Under the pieces are notes generated by a model, which worked only from the letters and a program-made list of their open reading frames with translations, was not told the origin of the DNA and ran no database searches. Source: Candidatus Omnitrophota bacterium (GTDB lineage: Bacteria > Omnitrophota > Gorgyraeia > Zapsychrales > Aceulaceae). Taken from it: DNA of 64,000 nt. Both the position numbers and the translations under genes were made by a program. The stretch spans positions 11,479 through 75,478 of the forward strand of contig JAKQPK010000023.1 of the NCBI GenBank assembly GCA_029564765.1, given 5' to 3'. This document shows, in pieces, positions 16,564 to 26,373 of this stretch (position 1 is the stretch's first letter; each line of letters opens with the position of its first letter).

Positions 16564-19500
16564 TTAGACCTCTAAAGAGATCTTTTCCTCCCCCAAGATC
16601 TCTTTAAGATGGTCGATCAATGTTTCGCTTGGCTGAACAAAAAGGCTTTCTCCTACAAGGATCTGAACCCGCTTGTGCTCATTAGTGTTCAGATGCAGAT
16701 GCACAGGGATCTTTCCGGGAAAACGAGACAATCTGTCCTTGAGCGCTTCCATGGCTTTTTCATCTGTACCAGACAGATCAAGGCTGATATTTTTAATGGA
16801 TTGATATGCTTCTTTAACGCCACGGATCTCTGCGACAATGATTTTAGGGGCTTCTTCACGAAAACTGACACGTCCCCGCAAAACGACCACAGCGCCCTCC
16901 TTTAAATTGGCCGACACTTCTTGATAGGTCGATGGAAAAACAACAGCCTCGATCTCGCCTTCTAAGTCTTCGAACTTCAAGATAGCCATACGCTCGCCGG
17001 TCTTGCGCGTATTGGTCAGCTTGACATGGCTGATCAGGCCGATCAATTTTACTTCCTGACCTTCCGTGGCTTTCACAAGGTCCTTGGTCGAATAATCTGT
17101 AAACTCTTTGATCTCAGTTTGATAATGCGACAGAGGATGTCCTGTGATATAGAAGCCGAGAAGCTCTTTTTCATCCGAAAGGGTCTTCATTTTTGGCCAT
17201 TCTTCAATATCAGGATAGCTTTCAGCGTCTGTCTTAAAATCATCCATACCTTGCATGTCAAAGAACGAGAACTGTCCTGTGCTGCGTTCTTTTTGTGCCT
17301 GAGAGCCGGACTCCAAAGCTTTGTCCAAAACATCCATCATCTGGGAGCGGCGCAACCCAAAAGAATCGAACGCCCCGCATCGAATCAAACTTTCAATGAC
17401 CTTACGGTTGGCTGTGCGCAGGTCCACGCGCTTACAAAAATCAAAAATGTTCGCGAACGGCCCTTCCTTACGCTGTTCAACAATGGATTCAATGGCGGCC
17501 GCGCCGACATTCTTAACCGCAATGAGCCCAAAGCGGATCGCGCTCTCACCTTCGGCACTAAATTCTTTTTGGCTCGCGTTGATATCCGGCGGCATGATCT
17601 GAATGCCCATAGCCTCGGACTCTTTCACATATTCGACGATCTTGTCGGTGTTATCCTTTTCTGAGGTCAAAAGCGCGCACATGAATTCTGTTGGAAAATT
17701 GGCCTTCAGATAGGCGGTACGATAGGAGATCAACGCGTACGCGGCTGAATGACTGCGATTGAATCCATATCCGGAAAAATAATCAATGAGATCGAACAAG
17801 CGGTTGGCCAAAGGTTCCTTGATATTAGATGCCTTTTTGCACCCCGCGACAAAATCCGCGCGCGTCTTATCCATGACCTCCGTCTTCTTCTTGCTCATCG
17901 CGCTTCGCAAATGATCCGCTTGTGTCATCGTGAATCCCGCCAGATCGCTTGCGATCCTCATAACTTGCTCTTGAAAAATAATAATGCCATAAGTATCTTT
18001 AAGGATCGGTTCAAGCTTAGGATGATCGTAGCGGATCTGCTGGCCTTCACGTTTACGCCGGATATAATCTTCCAACATGCCGCTTCCAATAGGCCCAGGA
18101 CGGTAAAGCGCTAAAATAGACACTAGATCCTCGAACTGGTTCGGCTTGATACGCTTTAAAAGGTCTCGCATCCCCGAACTTTCCAATTGAAAAATACCAA
18201 AACTGTTCGCCTGGCCAAGGAGCTCATACGTTTTCACATCGTCCAGCGACGCGTTGTTGACATCCACATCCACACCCTTGATGGCCTTGACGAGCTTCAC
18301 GGTCTTGTCAATAACGGTCAAGGTCTTAAGCCCCAGAAAATCCATCTTCAAAAGCCCGATCTTAGCGATCCCGTTCATATCATAGCCGGTCGTGATCTGA
18401 TCGTCGCTTGTCTTAAAAAGCGGCACATGTTCGGTCAAAGGCTTATCCGAGATCACAACGCCCGCCGCGTGCACAGAGGCATGGCGATTGAGGCCTTCAA
18501 GGACCTTGGCGGTCTCGATCAATTTCGCGACCTGTTCACTTTGGTCGCAAAGTTCCCTCAACTGCGGCTCACGCTTTAAGGATTCTTCGATGGTGATCTT
18601 AAGTTCGTTGGGAATTAACTTCGCGATCTTGTCCACATCCGGATACGGCATGCTCATAACGCGCCCGACATCGCGGATGGCTGCGCGCGCCTGCATCGTT
18701 CCAAAAGTAATGATCTGCGCCACAGAATCTTTGCCGTATTTGTTGGTAACGTATTCAATGACCTCCGGACGTCGTTCATAGCAGAAATCAATATCAATAT
18801 CAGGCATCCCCAGACGGTCAGGATTCAGAAAGCGCTCGAATAAGAGCCCATAACGCAACGGATTCAAGTCCGTGATCCCTAGAAGATAACTGACCAAACT
18901 TCCAGCCGCTGACCCTCGGCCAGGGCCAACGGGGATCCCATTCTGCTTCGCGAAATGGATAAAATCCCACACGATCAAAAAGTAACTGATAAATCCCATT
19001 TTTTTGATAATGGCTAGTTCGTGCGTGAGGCGCTGTTCAATATCAGGAGTTACCTCTTTAAAACGCTTCTTCAATCCTTCCTGGCACAAATGCAATAGAT
19101 ATTCATCCTTGGGCTGGCCTGTGGGAATATCATAACGAGGCAAGTGGATCTTTTTGAAATCAAGTTCGAGGTTACATTTTTCAGCGATCTCGACCGTACG
19201 CGTGACAGCGTCAGGCGCGTAGGAAAAAGCCTTTTTCATCTCTTCCGGGCTTTTAAAATAAAATTCATCACTGGACATGCGCATACGATTGGGATCATCC
19301 AATGTCGTCTGCGTTTGCACGCAAAGAAGCGCTTCATGGGCGGCAGCTTGCGGACGCTCGAGATAATGGACATCGTTGGTGGCAACTAAGGGAATATTCA
19401 ATTCCTTGCTGATCTTGATCAGTCCTTCGTTGACCGGTTTTTGCTCAGGGATGCCGTTTTCCATGATCTCTAAATAAAAATTGCCCTTGCCAAAGATCTG

Positions 19501-19998
19501 CTCAAGTTCATCTGCCGCCTTCAAGGCCGCGTTGTATCCTTCATTACGCAACGTCCAAGCGACTTCCCCTTTTAGACAAGCGGATGTTGCCAGAAGCCCC
19601 TGTGCATGGCGCGACAAGATCTCTTTATCCATCCTTGGCTTGTAATAAAATCCTTCCAGATACGCCGCGGAAACAAGCTTTAAGAGATTGCGGTAGCCCT
19701 GCTCATCTTTGGCAAAAAGGACAAGATGCGAAATACCTCTTTTACCCTGCGCGGGGCTTTTATCAAATCGGCTACCCGGAGCGATATAGCATTCACATCC
19801 GATGATTGGCTTGACACCGGCTTTGACCGCCGCCTGATAGAATTCAATAGCGCCAAAGATATTCCCATGGTCCGCGATCGCTAAAGCGGGCATGCGGTAT
19901 TCAACAGCTTTTTTTAAAAGTTCAGGGATACGGCAAGCGCCGTCTAAGAGGCTGTACTGCGTGTGGACATGGAGGTGGACGAAATCAGTATGGTACAT
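16564..19998 (-). CDS. dnaE: DNA polymerase III alpha subunit
   Basis: 1144 aa; PHP domain start FVHLHVHTQYSLLDG, polymerase core, and a C-terminal OB fold. Confidence 0.9.
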   Translation of the reverse strand: MYHTDFVHLHVHTQYSLLDGACRIPELLKKAVEYRMPALAIADHGNIFGAIEFYQAAVKAGVKPIIGCECYIAPGSRFDKSPAQGKRGISHLVLFAKDEQGYRNLLKLVSAAYLEGFYYKPRMDKEILSRHAQGLLATSACLKGEVAWTLRNEGYNAALKAADELEQIFGKGNFYLEIMENGIPEQKPVNEGLIKISKELNIPLVATNDVHYLERPQAAAHEALLCVQTQTTLDDPNRMRMSSDEFYFKSPEEMKKAFSYAPDAVTRTVEIAEKCNLELDFKKIHLPRYDIPTGQPKDEYLLHLCQEGLKKRFKEVTPDIEQRLTHELAIIKKMGFISYFLIVWDFIHFAKQNGIPVGPGRGSAAGSLVSYLLGITDLNPLRYGLLFERFLNPDRLGMPDIDIDFCYERRPEVIEYVTNKYGKDSVAQIITFGTMQARAAIRDVGRVMSMPYPDVDKIAKLIPNELKITIEESLKREPQLRELCDQSEQVAKLIETAKVLEGLNRHASVHAAGVVISDKPLTEHVPLFKTSDDQITTGYDMNGIAKIGLLKMDFLGLKTLTVIDKTVKLVKAIKGVDVDVNNASLDDVKTYELLGQANSFGIFQLESSGMRDLLKRIKPNQFEDLVSILALYRPGPIGSGMLEDYIRRKREGQQIRYDHPKLEPILKDTYGIIIFQEQVMRIASDLAGFTMTQADHLRSAMSKKKTEVMDKTRADFVAGCKKASNIKEPLANRLFDLIDYFSGYGFNRSHSAAYALISYRTAYLKANFPTEFMCALLTSEKDNTDKIVEYVKESEAMGIQIMPPDINASQKEFSAEGESAIRFGLIAVKNVGAAAIESIVEQRKEGPFANIFDFCKRVDLRTANRKVIESLIRCGAFDSFGLRRSQMMDVLDKALESGSQAQKERSTGQFSFFDMQGMDDFKTDAESYPDIEEWPKMKTLSDEKELLGFYITGHPLSHYQTEIKEFTDYSTKDLVKATEGQEVKLIGLISHVKLTNTRKTGERMAILKFEDLEGEIEAVVFPSTYQEVSANLKEGAVVVLRGRVSFREEAPKIIVAEIRGVKEAYQSIKNISLDLSGTDEKAMEALKDRLSRFPGKIPVHLHLNTNEHKRVQILVGESLFVQPSETLIDHLKEILGEEKISLEV

Positions 19999-20181
19999 GT
20001 TTTAGGCCAAGGATTACGCTCCCTGGGTTTAATGAATACAAAAAATCAAATAAATATGATTACAGAGATTTTCAAATGGTTCAGAAGATTAAAAAATAAT
20101 GATGGATCGTTAAAATATTTTTCAATCGTTGTAATGTTTCTTTCAATCTCTGCGATCTTGCTTAATCACTGCAATCAATCT

Positions 20182-21726
20182 TTATTCCCATTCGATCGTG
20201 GCCGGAGGCTTTGAGCTGATATCATAAACAACACGATTGACACCCGGTACTTCATTGATGACACGGTTCGCGATACGGCCCAGAAGATCATGTGGTAAAT
20301 GGACCCAATCCGCGGTCATACCATCAACACTGTTAACGCAACGGATCGCCGCTACGTTCTCATACGTACGCTGATCGCCCATAACGCCAACGGATTTGAT
20401 CGGCAACAAAATAGCGAATGACTGCCAGACCTGTTCATAAAGCCCAGCTTTTCGGATCTCTTCCAGGACCCTTTCATCTACTTCACGCAAGATATCCAGC
20501 CTTTCCTTTGTGACTTCGCCAACGATACGAATGGCTAAACCAGGACCAGGGAACGGCTGGCGCTTGATGATCGTGTCCGGAACACCTAAATGTTTTCCGA
20601 TCTGACGAACTTCATCCTTAAAGAGCTCACGAAAAGGTTCTACGAGCTTAAGCTTCATTGTTTTCGGCAATCCACCAACGTTGTGATGGCTCTTGATCGT
20701 GGCCGATGGGCCTCCGATCGGTGAAAAAGACTCAATGACATCTGGATACAATGTCCCTTGGCCCAAGAATTCAAAACTCTTGCTGCGGCTAGCGGCCTCC
20801 TGAAAGACCTTGATGAATTCATCGCCGATGATCTTGCGTTTTTGCTCAGGATCCGTGACGTTCTTTAACCTCTGCAAGAATCTTTTTTGCGCGTCCACGC
20901 ACACTAAATTCATCTTAAAGTTCGTCTTGAACGTTTTCTCGACAGAAGCGACCTCATTCTTACGCAGCACCCCGTTGTCAACAAAGATACAATGCAAATT
21001 CTTGCCAATCGCCTGATGCAGCAAGACAGCCGCGACCGATGAATCAACGCCGCCGCTTAAGCCCATGACGACCTTTTTATCTTTAACGGTCTCGCGGATC
21101 TCTTTGATCTTTTCCTTGATGAATTTGTCCATGGTCCAGCGGGCCAAACATCCGCAGACCTGAAAAACAAAATTGGTCAACAGCTGTGTCCCGCGCTGAG
21201 TATGAACAACTTCGGGGTGGAACTGAACACCATAAATTTTCTTCTGAGGATTAGCGATCGCCGCGTTGGGCGTTGAGAGCGTGTGCGCGATAGAACGGAA
21301 TCCCGCGGGGAGTTTTTTGATCTCATCACCATGGCTCATCCAGGATGTAATGTTACTCGGCAGATTATAAAAAATATCTTTAGGGCTATCGATAAAAAGT
21401 TCCGCGCGCCCGTATTCTCGCTCCTGGGTCTTGACAACCTTGCCTCCATGCATATGGGTGATAAGCTGGGCACCGTAACAAACACCTAAGATCGGCAGTT
21501 TCAGCTTGAAAATATCCTTGTGCGGTAAAGGTGCTCCTTTATCATAAACGCTCATCGGACCGCCTGAGAAGATAAGACCTTTGGGATTGATCTTGGCGAT
21601 CTCCTCCGGGGTGATATTGTACGCAACGATCTTGCTAAAAACCTTGCTTTCGCGGACCCTGCGGGCGATCAGCTGCGTGTACTGCGACCCAAAGTCCAAA
21701 ACCAAAATGATGTCTTTACTTCTCAT
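20182..21726 (-). CDS. guaA: GMP synthase (glutamine-hydrolysing)
   Basis: 514 aa; class I GATase N-terminus ([20 protein letters not shown]; G.CYG catalytic Cys), ATP-PPase SGGVDSSV motif, C-terminal dimerisation domain ending ...TIEWE. Confidence 0.9.
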   Translation of the reverse strand: MRSKDIILVLDFGSQYTQLIARRVRESKVFSKIVAYNITPEEIAKINPKGLIFSGGPMSVYDKGAPLPHKDIFKLKLPILGVCYGAQLITHMHGGKVVKTQEREYGRAELFIDSPKDIFYNLPSNITSWMSHGDEIKKLPAGFRSIAHTLSTPNAAIANPQKKIYGVQFHPEVVHTQRGTQLLTNFVFQVCGCLARWTMDKFIKEKIKEIRETVKDKKVVMGLSGGVDSSVAAVLLHQAIGKNLHCIFVDNGVLRKNEVASVEKTFKTNFKMNLVCVDAQKRFLQRLKNVTDPEQKRKIIGDEFIKVFQEAASRSKSFEFLGQGTLYPDVIESFSPIGGPSATIKSHHNVGGLPKTMKLKLVEPFRELFKDEVRQIGKHLGVPDTIIKRQPFPGPGLAIRIVGEVTKERLDILREVDERVLEEIRKAGLYEQVWQSFAILLPIKSVGVMGDQRTYENVAAIRCVNSVDGMTADWVHLPHDLLGRIANRVINEVPGVNRVVYDISSKPPATIEWE

Positions 21727-21803
21727 GTCTTCAACCGCCTTTTCGTGGTTCGCGCTATGAGTTTTGCGCTTTGACTTTTAACTTCTTTTTTCTGAATTCT
21801 AAA

Positions 21804-22964
21804 TTATTTTCCCATGCCGATACGCTGGCCGATCTGGAACACCTTTCCCTCGGTCTGGATCGAAGGAGCGATGATGATCTCAACGTCCTGCATTTCCTTG
21901 ATGTTGCTCGCGCCCAATGATCCCATAGATGTGCGAAGAGCGCCGACTAAATTCTGTGAACCGTCATCCACCTGTGCCGGCCCTAATAGGATCTGCTTAA
22001 GCGTTCCTGTGGTGCCGACTTTTACGCGCGTTCCACGAGGAAGATTGGCATTCGATGTCGCCATGCCCCAGTGATAACCGCGTCCCGGAGCTTCTTGCGC
22101 TTTGGCAAATGCAGAACCGACCATGACCGCGTCCCCGCCTGCGGCAAAGGCTTTGCAGATCTCGCCGCCAATACGCATGCCTCCATCGGTAATGATCGGA
22201 ATATAGCGGCCTGTTCTCTTATAAAAATGATCTCGCGCTGCCGCGCAGTCAACGGTAGAAGTGATCTGAGGAACGCCGATACCTAAAACGCCGCGCGTGG
22301 TGCATGCAGCGCCTGGCCCAACCCCAACAAGCAGGCCAGCGATCCCCTCCTCCATAAGCTCCAAGGCCACCTCATAGGTGACCGCGTTGCCTAAAATAAC
22401 AGGGGTTTTCATTTCTTCACAAAAATTCTTGATATCTAAGACTTTGTATTCCGTGGAAACATGTTTGACCGTCGCGACTGTGGATTGGACCACAAAGACG
22501 TCGCAACCGGCTTCTTGGGCAATGGCGCCAAAACGTTTGGCGTTCTGCGGGATACAGCTGACGAAGGCTGGGACCTTGCCTTTTTTGATCTCATCTACTC
22601 GTTTGGCGATCAATTTTTCTTGAATGGGAGGAAGATACAGATCTTGCAAAAGTTTGGTGGCGTGCTCAGGTGTGGCATCCGCGATCTGCTTTAAGACTTC
22701 ATTAGGATTTTCATATCGGGTTTGAACACCGTCGAGGTTAAGGACCGCGATACCGCCGAGCTTTCCCATCGCGACCGCGAAATCAACACTCACCACCCCA
22801 TCCATGGCCGCGGCCATGATCGGGACCTTGAACTTCATCTTGTCTAAAGCCCAGCTGATATCAACTTCGTTAGGGTTAACGGTTTGACGGCCAGGAACTA
22901 AGGCGATCTCATCAAAACCATAGCATCGTCTTGCTCTGCGTTCGATTCCAATCCACTCTGCCAT
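21804..22964 (-). CDS. IMP dehydrogenase-family protein lacking the CBS/Bateman subdomain
   Basis: Start taken at MAEWIG (22964), preceded by a gaaggagg SD 8 nt upstream; the table ORF extends to 23021. Catalytic loop GVGPGAACTTRGV with the IMPDH Cys is present. There is no ~120-aa CBS pair between the N-terminal barrel strands. Adjacent to guaA. Confidence 0.72.
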   Translation of the reverse strand: MAEWIGIERRARRCYGFDEIALVPGRQTVNPNEVDISWALDKMKFKVPIMAAAMDGVVSVDFAVAMGKLGGIAVLNLDGVQTRYENPNEVLKQIADATPEHATKLLQDLYLPPIQEKLIAKRVDEIKKGKVPAFVSCIPQNAKRFGAIAQEAGCDVFVVQSTVATVKHVSTEYKVLDIKNFCEEMKTPVILGNAVTYEVALELMEEGIAGLLVGVGPGAACTTRGVLGIGVPQITSTVDCAAARDHFYKRTGRYIPIITDGGMRIGGEICKAFAAGGDAVMVGSAFAKAQEAPGRGYHWGMATSNANLPRGTRVKVGTTGTLKQILLGPAQVDDGSQNLVGALRTSMGSLGASNIKEMQDVEIIIAPSIQTEGKVFQIGQRIGMGK

Positions 22965-23028
22965 GAAACTACCTCCTTCAATGAACACTTGACTTACGTC
23001 TCCGTCGGTGACGTAAGTCAACCGTGTG

Positions 23029-23062
23029 AATTAATCCCGTGCGGCTGCGGCCTAGCAGCCGA
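23029..23062 (-). promoter_or_regulatory. perfect 11-bp inverted repeat in the leader of the guaB-like/guaA operon (operator or RNA hairpin)
   Basis: TTGACTTACGT-N10-ACGTAAGTCAA, upstream of the SD-supported start at 22964. A second hairpin, cggctgc-ggccta-gcagccg, lies 15 nt further upstream. Confidence 0.4.
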
Positions 23063-23145
23063 ACAGGGAGTCTACCTTAAATGTCAATTTTACGATAAAA
23101 AGTGAATAATACAATATACTTATATAGTATAAAAATGTCAATGAT

Positions 23146-23177
23146 AAAAAAGGTGATGGCTGTAAACAGCCATCACC
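23146..23177 (-). terminator. rho-independent terminator after the secreted-protein gene
   Basis: Perfect hairpin GGTGATGGCTG-taaa-CAGCCATCACC followed on the minus strand by a T6 run; 50 nt downstream of the stop at 23228. Confidence 0.75.
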
Positions 23178-23227
23178 TTTCCTTTATCCATTCCTTTTTG
23201 ACATTTTCAGCTTCTTTTACCAAAAAA

Positions 23228-23977
23228 TCACGGGGTCAGCCCCTCTTTAGCGGAAGGAGATATCCAATCTAAGTCGTGACCTTTCTGAAGCTGTTCTTTA
23301 TAAAGCTCTATTTGCTTGGCCCGATCCTCTATCCAGCAATTTGCCTGCTGGTCTCTTATGTAAACCCAAAACCTGCTTTCTCCGCCAATATTACCATAAC
23401 CCCAAAAGTTCCAACCACCCTCATTTGTATCTTGAGGCCAGCTGTCGCCAAAGAATTTCTGCCCGCTCATCTCCTTGACCCATCTCCCATCGTGAAACTC
23501 AGCCATACGATACCCAGGCCCAAATTGACGGCTACATAGGTCATTGGCCTGATCAAGGCTTGTAAGCGTATTTCCAACAACAGGGGGTGTGAGCTGAAGT
23601 TCTCCTTCAAGCCAGCCGCGGTAAGATTCTTTTACCCAGCTATGATCTGAACCATCAAGTTCATATCCCGGTCTTGGGGCTCCTGTCTTTTTTACGCACA
23701 GAATAGGCAACGCCCTGCTGCACGGGGTGTCGCCTACATACGCATTGCATGAACCCTCAAATTCAGTGCTTGGTTTTCCATGACAGCCTACCAGGTCAAT
23801 GCCAAAACGGTCATCATGTCTTTCCTTCCCCCAGGTAAGCCCGAACTTCTCACCGGCATCATCCTGGAAAGGATCGTCCAAAATCTCTCTCTGACAAAAC
23901 CCATTGATCGCATACGATAAGGACAAAAACAAAGAAATAATGAGTAGAAACGTGATCTTTTGTTCAAATTTTCCCAT
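23228..23977 (-). CDS. secreted Cys-containing hypothetical protein
   Basis: 249 aa; N-terminal signal peptide (ITFLLIISLFLSLSYA), several Cys, Trp-rich C-terminal half (WNFWGYGN). No family recognised. Followed by a strong terminator. Confidence 0.4.
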   Translation of the reverse strand: MGKFEQKITFLLIISLFLSLSYAINGFCQREILDDPFQDDAGEKFGLTWGKERHDDRFGIDLVGCHGKPSTEFEGSCNAYVGDTPCSRALPILCVKKTGAPRPGYELDGSDHSWVKESYRGWLEGELQLTPPVVGNTLTSLDQANDLCSRQFGPGYRMAEFHDGRWVKEMSGQKFFGDSWPQDTNEGGWNFWGYGNIGGESRFWVYIRDQQANCWIEDRAKQIELYKEQLQKGHDLDWISPSAKEGLTP

Positions 23978-24018
23978 TCGTACGCCTCCTTTTTTACCGC
24001 AACCGACAGCGATAAAAA

Positions 24019-24315
24019 CTATTTGTATTCACAAAGATAGGCCGCGTCTTCGGTCGTCTTGACCTTAAAAACAGATTTGGCTGGAACATCAAAAGATGAT
24101 CCCGCGCCAAAATCTTCCCATTCTTCGTATGCTGGCAGATAAACAGACATCATGCCGGCGATAACCGTCATGGCCTCCGGGCCATCAGTATTAAATTCAT
24201 ACTCACCCGGTTCAATAACACCCACGGTTTTCTTACCCTCAGCTGAATTAACGACCAACGACTTGACCTTCCCTTCAAAATACTCATTGACTGTAACCAC
24301 GACTATGACCCCCAT
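24019..24315 (-). CDS. ppnP: pyrimidine/purine nucleoside phosphorylase PpnP (YaiE/UPF0345/DUF1255 family)
   Basis: 98 aa; close motif agreement with E. coli YaiE (NEYFEGKVKS..., GEYEF.T...E.MTVI.G, C-terminal YLCEY). Confidence 0.7.
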   Translation of the reverse strand: MGVIVVVTVNEYFEGKVKSLVVNSAEGKKTVGVIEPGEYEFNTDGPEAMTVIAGMMSVYLPAYEEWEDFGAGSSFDVPAKSVFKVKTTEDAAYLCEYK

Positions 24316-24439
24316 TTAAATTGATTATAACAATACCCAACACCTTAAATTATTGTACTGATTGAATGAAAAAAATCCAGAGGAAAAATTAACTGAGGCC
24401 ATAACTTACGGAGCAACAGCGCTCGTAAGTTATCCAGCC

Positions 24440-24561
24440 GAACTTATTTCGAGCCAAAGGCGAGGAGCAAATGAGCGCCAAATTGTTCATGCGAACTTAT
24501 TTCGAGCCGAAGGCGAGAAGCAAATGTGCACCCAGATCCACTGGCGAGGAGCCAGTGAGCA
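24440..24561 (+). repeat. non-coding direct repeat, 53-bp period, two full ~39-bp copies plus a partial third
   Basis: gaacttatttcgagccaaaggcgaggagcaaatgagcgc (24440-24478) and gaacttatttcgagccgaaggcgagaagcaaatgtgcac (24493-24531), then gcgaggagccagtgagcac. Preceded by hairpin taacttacg-N13-cgtaagtta (24402-24432). Period is not a multiple of 3 and no ORF is maintained. Confidence 0.6.
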
Positions 24562-24626
24562 CACAAGTTGAAAAGAAAAGATTGGGACACTTCTATCAAA
24601 ACCCCTTATCCGCCAACGGTTTATTT

Positions 24627-24647
24627 AGAAACGTTCTAGGGTTTTTT
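24627..24647 (+). promoter_or_regulatory. conserved motif variant copy D (AGAAACGTTCTAGGGTTTTTT) inside the non-coding stretch
   Basis: Plus-strand copy, 19/21 identical to copy C. A weaker relative, gggggAGAAAGTTCTAAGC, sits at 24941-24960. Confidence 0.4.
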
Positions 24648-25082
24648 CCGCTAACCTTTTATTCACAAACAACGAACAACGGTAACAACGAAAATGTGCC
24701 AGGCACTTTTTAGTGTAAATCAGCTGATAGGCAGAAGGTTAAAGCTATTTCACCTTAACCCAGAAACGGAAATATTTAGCCTTTACAGGATAAATCGTCT
24801 TCCCATTCCTAATGATGTACCGGCAGAATACCAAGCGGCATCCCGGACGGTATTCACATTGTCCAGCCATATGCTGACCCTCCTTTCTAGCGAAGGTTTT
24901 CTCACCTCCAAGCCCATTTTGTAATTTTCAAAAAGGGGCTGGGGGAGAAAGTTCTAAGCTAAAATAGAAGATCATCAAAAGGACGACCCATCTGCCTATC
25001 AGCAATATTCAAAGAACTCCGAATTCCAGGGACACGTACAAAATTAATTAGGTACGTATCCCCTGACTCCTTGTAAGAATTT

Positions 25083-26339
25083 TTATCGAAAACTTGTTAT
25101 TTCATTAAATATTTCAATTGCAAAATTATCGGTCATTCCGGCAATGAAATCAATAACAGATTGTGTATAGCTTCCTTTGTCTGCCAAAACATACAATATT
25201 TCATTATTATATTTATTTCCTAAACTACGAAACTTTGGATACGACATTGGCCAGCTCCTAAGGTCCGACCGTCCCTTTATCCACGCCAAGAAATTTCTTT
25301 GCAATATTGGATAAACTTTTAGACTTTTTTTGATGCTCTCGTATGAATCTCTTTGCGCATAAGCCCTCATCAAAACCTCAAAAACTAACTCTATAACAAG
25401 CTTCGCATACTTTTTATACGCTTGCAATCTTTCGCTGCTATAGATATTTCTATAGTTGTACTCGGTCAAAGAAGTCATTACTTTTGAATACTTTTCTGTG
25501 AACCGTATGCCATTTTCTGGGCTGCTAGCTCTACATAAATCAATGATAAATCCATGCATTAAAGCTGTGTTGCTTATCTCGCGAATTTTTTCTTTTTTTC
25601 CAACTATATCATTAACTATGGCTTTTAATTCTTTGAGCTGCTGTTTCCTTAAAATATCTAACCGCACAGCATCTTCAATGTCTCTGCCTATATATGCAAT
25701 TCGATCGGATATCTTTACTACGCATCCCTCCCATGTAAAAGGAGTAAATAACCCTTTTTCTTGGATAGTCGCCAAATCTATTGCTTGTTCTCTTGGATAA
25801 ATCGTATTTCCTCTATCTTCCCCACAATGCAGCAAGATTCCGTCTCTCACTGCATAGGTTAACAATAAATTCTGGAAAACATCATTTTGATCAGGCAAAA
25901 TTTCAATTTGATCAGCAAATCGTAAACTATTTCGTTCATGCCAAAATTTAGCGCTCAATTTATCTTTAGTAATTTCCTCTAATACTTCTTCACCAGCATG
26001 ACCAAAAGGAGCGTGCCCAAGATCATGACCCAAAGCTATTGCATTAGTTAATTCAGTGTTTAAGCCAAGAAAATTAGCAATTGTATAACTGACAGCAACA
26101 ACATGATTAACATGCTCAATCCTGGTACAAATATGGTCGTTTTTTGTAGCAAAAAAAACTTGTGTTTTATGCTTTAATCTCCGAAAAGCCGTACAGTGAA
26201 GTATCCGATTATAATCTCGCGCAAATTCGCTTCTTATCTCTGGATCGCGTGAATACAATGAATGCTGTCGCTTAATAGCATTTTCCCATTTTCTATTTTT
26301 CTCATACATTCTGACAGAAAAAAATGAGTCTTTTCCCAT
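25083..26339 (-). CDS. dGTP triphosphohydrolase-family HD-domain protein, divergent second paralog
   Basis: 418 aa; motifs (RILHCTAFRRLKHKTQVF, HVNHVVAVS, GHDLGHAPFGHAGEEVLEE) are collinear with the canonical dgt-like gene at 43009..44214. Sits in an AT-rich segment. Has the conserved upstream motif and a GAGG SD. Confidence 0.72.
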   Translation of the reverse strand: MGKDSFFSVRMYEKNRKWENAIKRQHSLYSRDPEIRSEFARDYNRILHCTAFRRLKHKTQVFFATKNDHICTRIEHVNHVVAVSYTIANFLGLNTELTNAIALGHDLGHAPFGHAGEEVLEEITKDKLSAKFWHERNSLRFADQIEILPDQNDVFQNLLLTYAVRDGILLHCGEDRGNTIYPREQAIDLATIQEKGLFTPFTWEGCVVKISDRIAYIGRDIEDAVRLDILRKQQLKELKAIVNDIVGKKEKIREISNTALMHGFIIDLCRASSPENGIRFTEKYSKVMTSLTEYNYRNIYSSERLQAYKKYAKLVIELVFEVLMRAYAQRDSYESIKKSLKVYPILQRNFLAWIKGRSDLRSWPMSYPKFRSLGNKYNNEILYVLADKGSYTQSVIDFIAGMTDNFAIEIFNEITSFR

Positions 26340-26356
26340 ACAAAAACCTCATAAAA

Positions 26357-26372
26357 ACCCCAAAACGTTTCT
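26357..26372 (-). promoter_or_regulatory. conserved upstream motif copy C (AGAAACGTTTTGGGGTT), 18 nt upstream of the dGTPase-paralog start
   Basis: Gene-sense reading: gatAGAAACGTTTTGGGGTTtttatGAGGtttttgtATG, within the 34-nt gap between the ORF6N and dGTPase-paralog genes. Confidence 0.5.
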
Positions 26373-26373
26373 A

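Noticed and set aside
24440-24561. Possible CRISPR array from the repeated gaacttatttcgagcc...gcaaatg units
   Set aside because: Only two full copies and one partial copy, with 14-bp and ~12-bp spacers. Repeat length and spacing are atypical, and there are no cas genes in the window. Treated as a short non-coding direct repeat instead.
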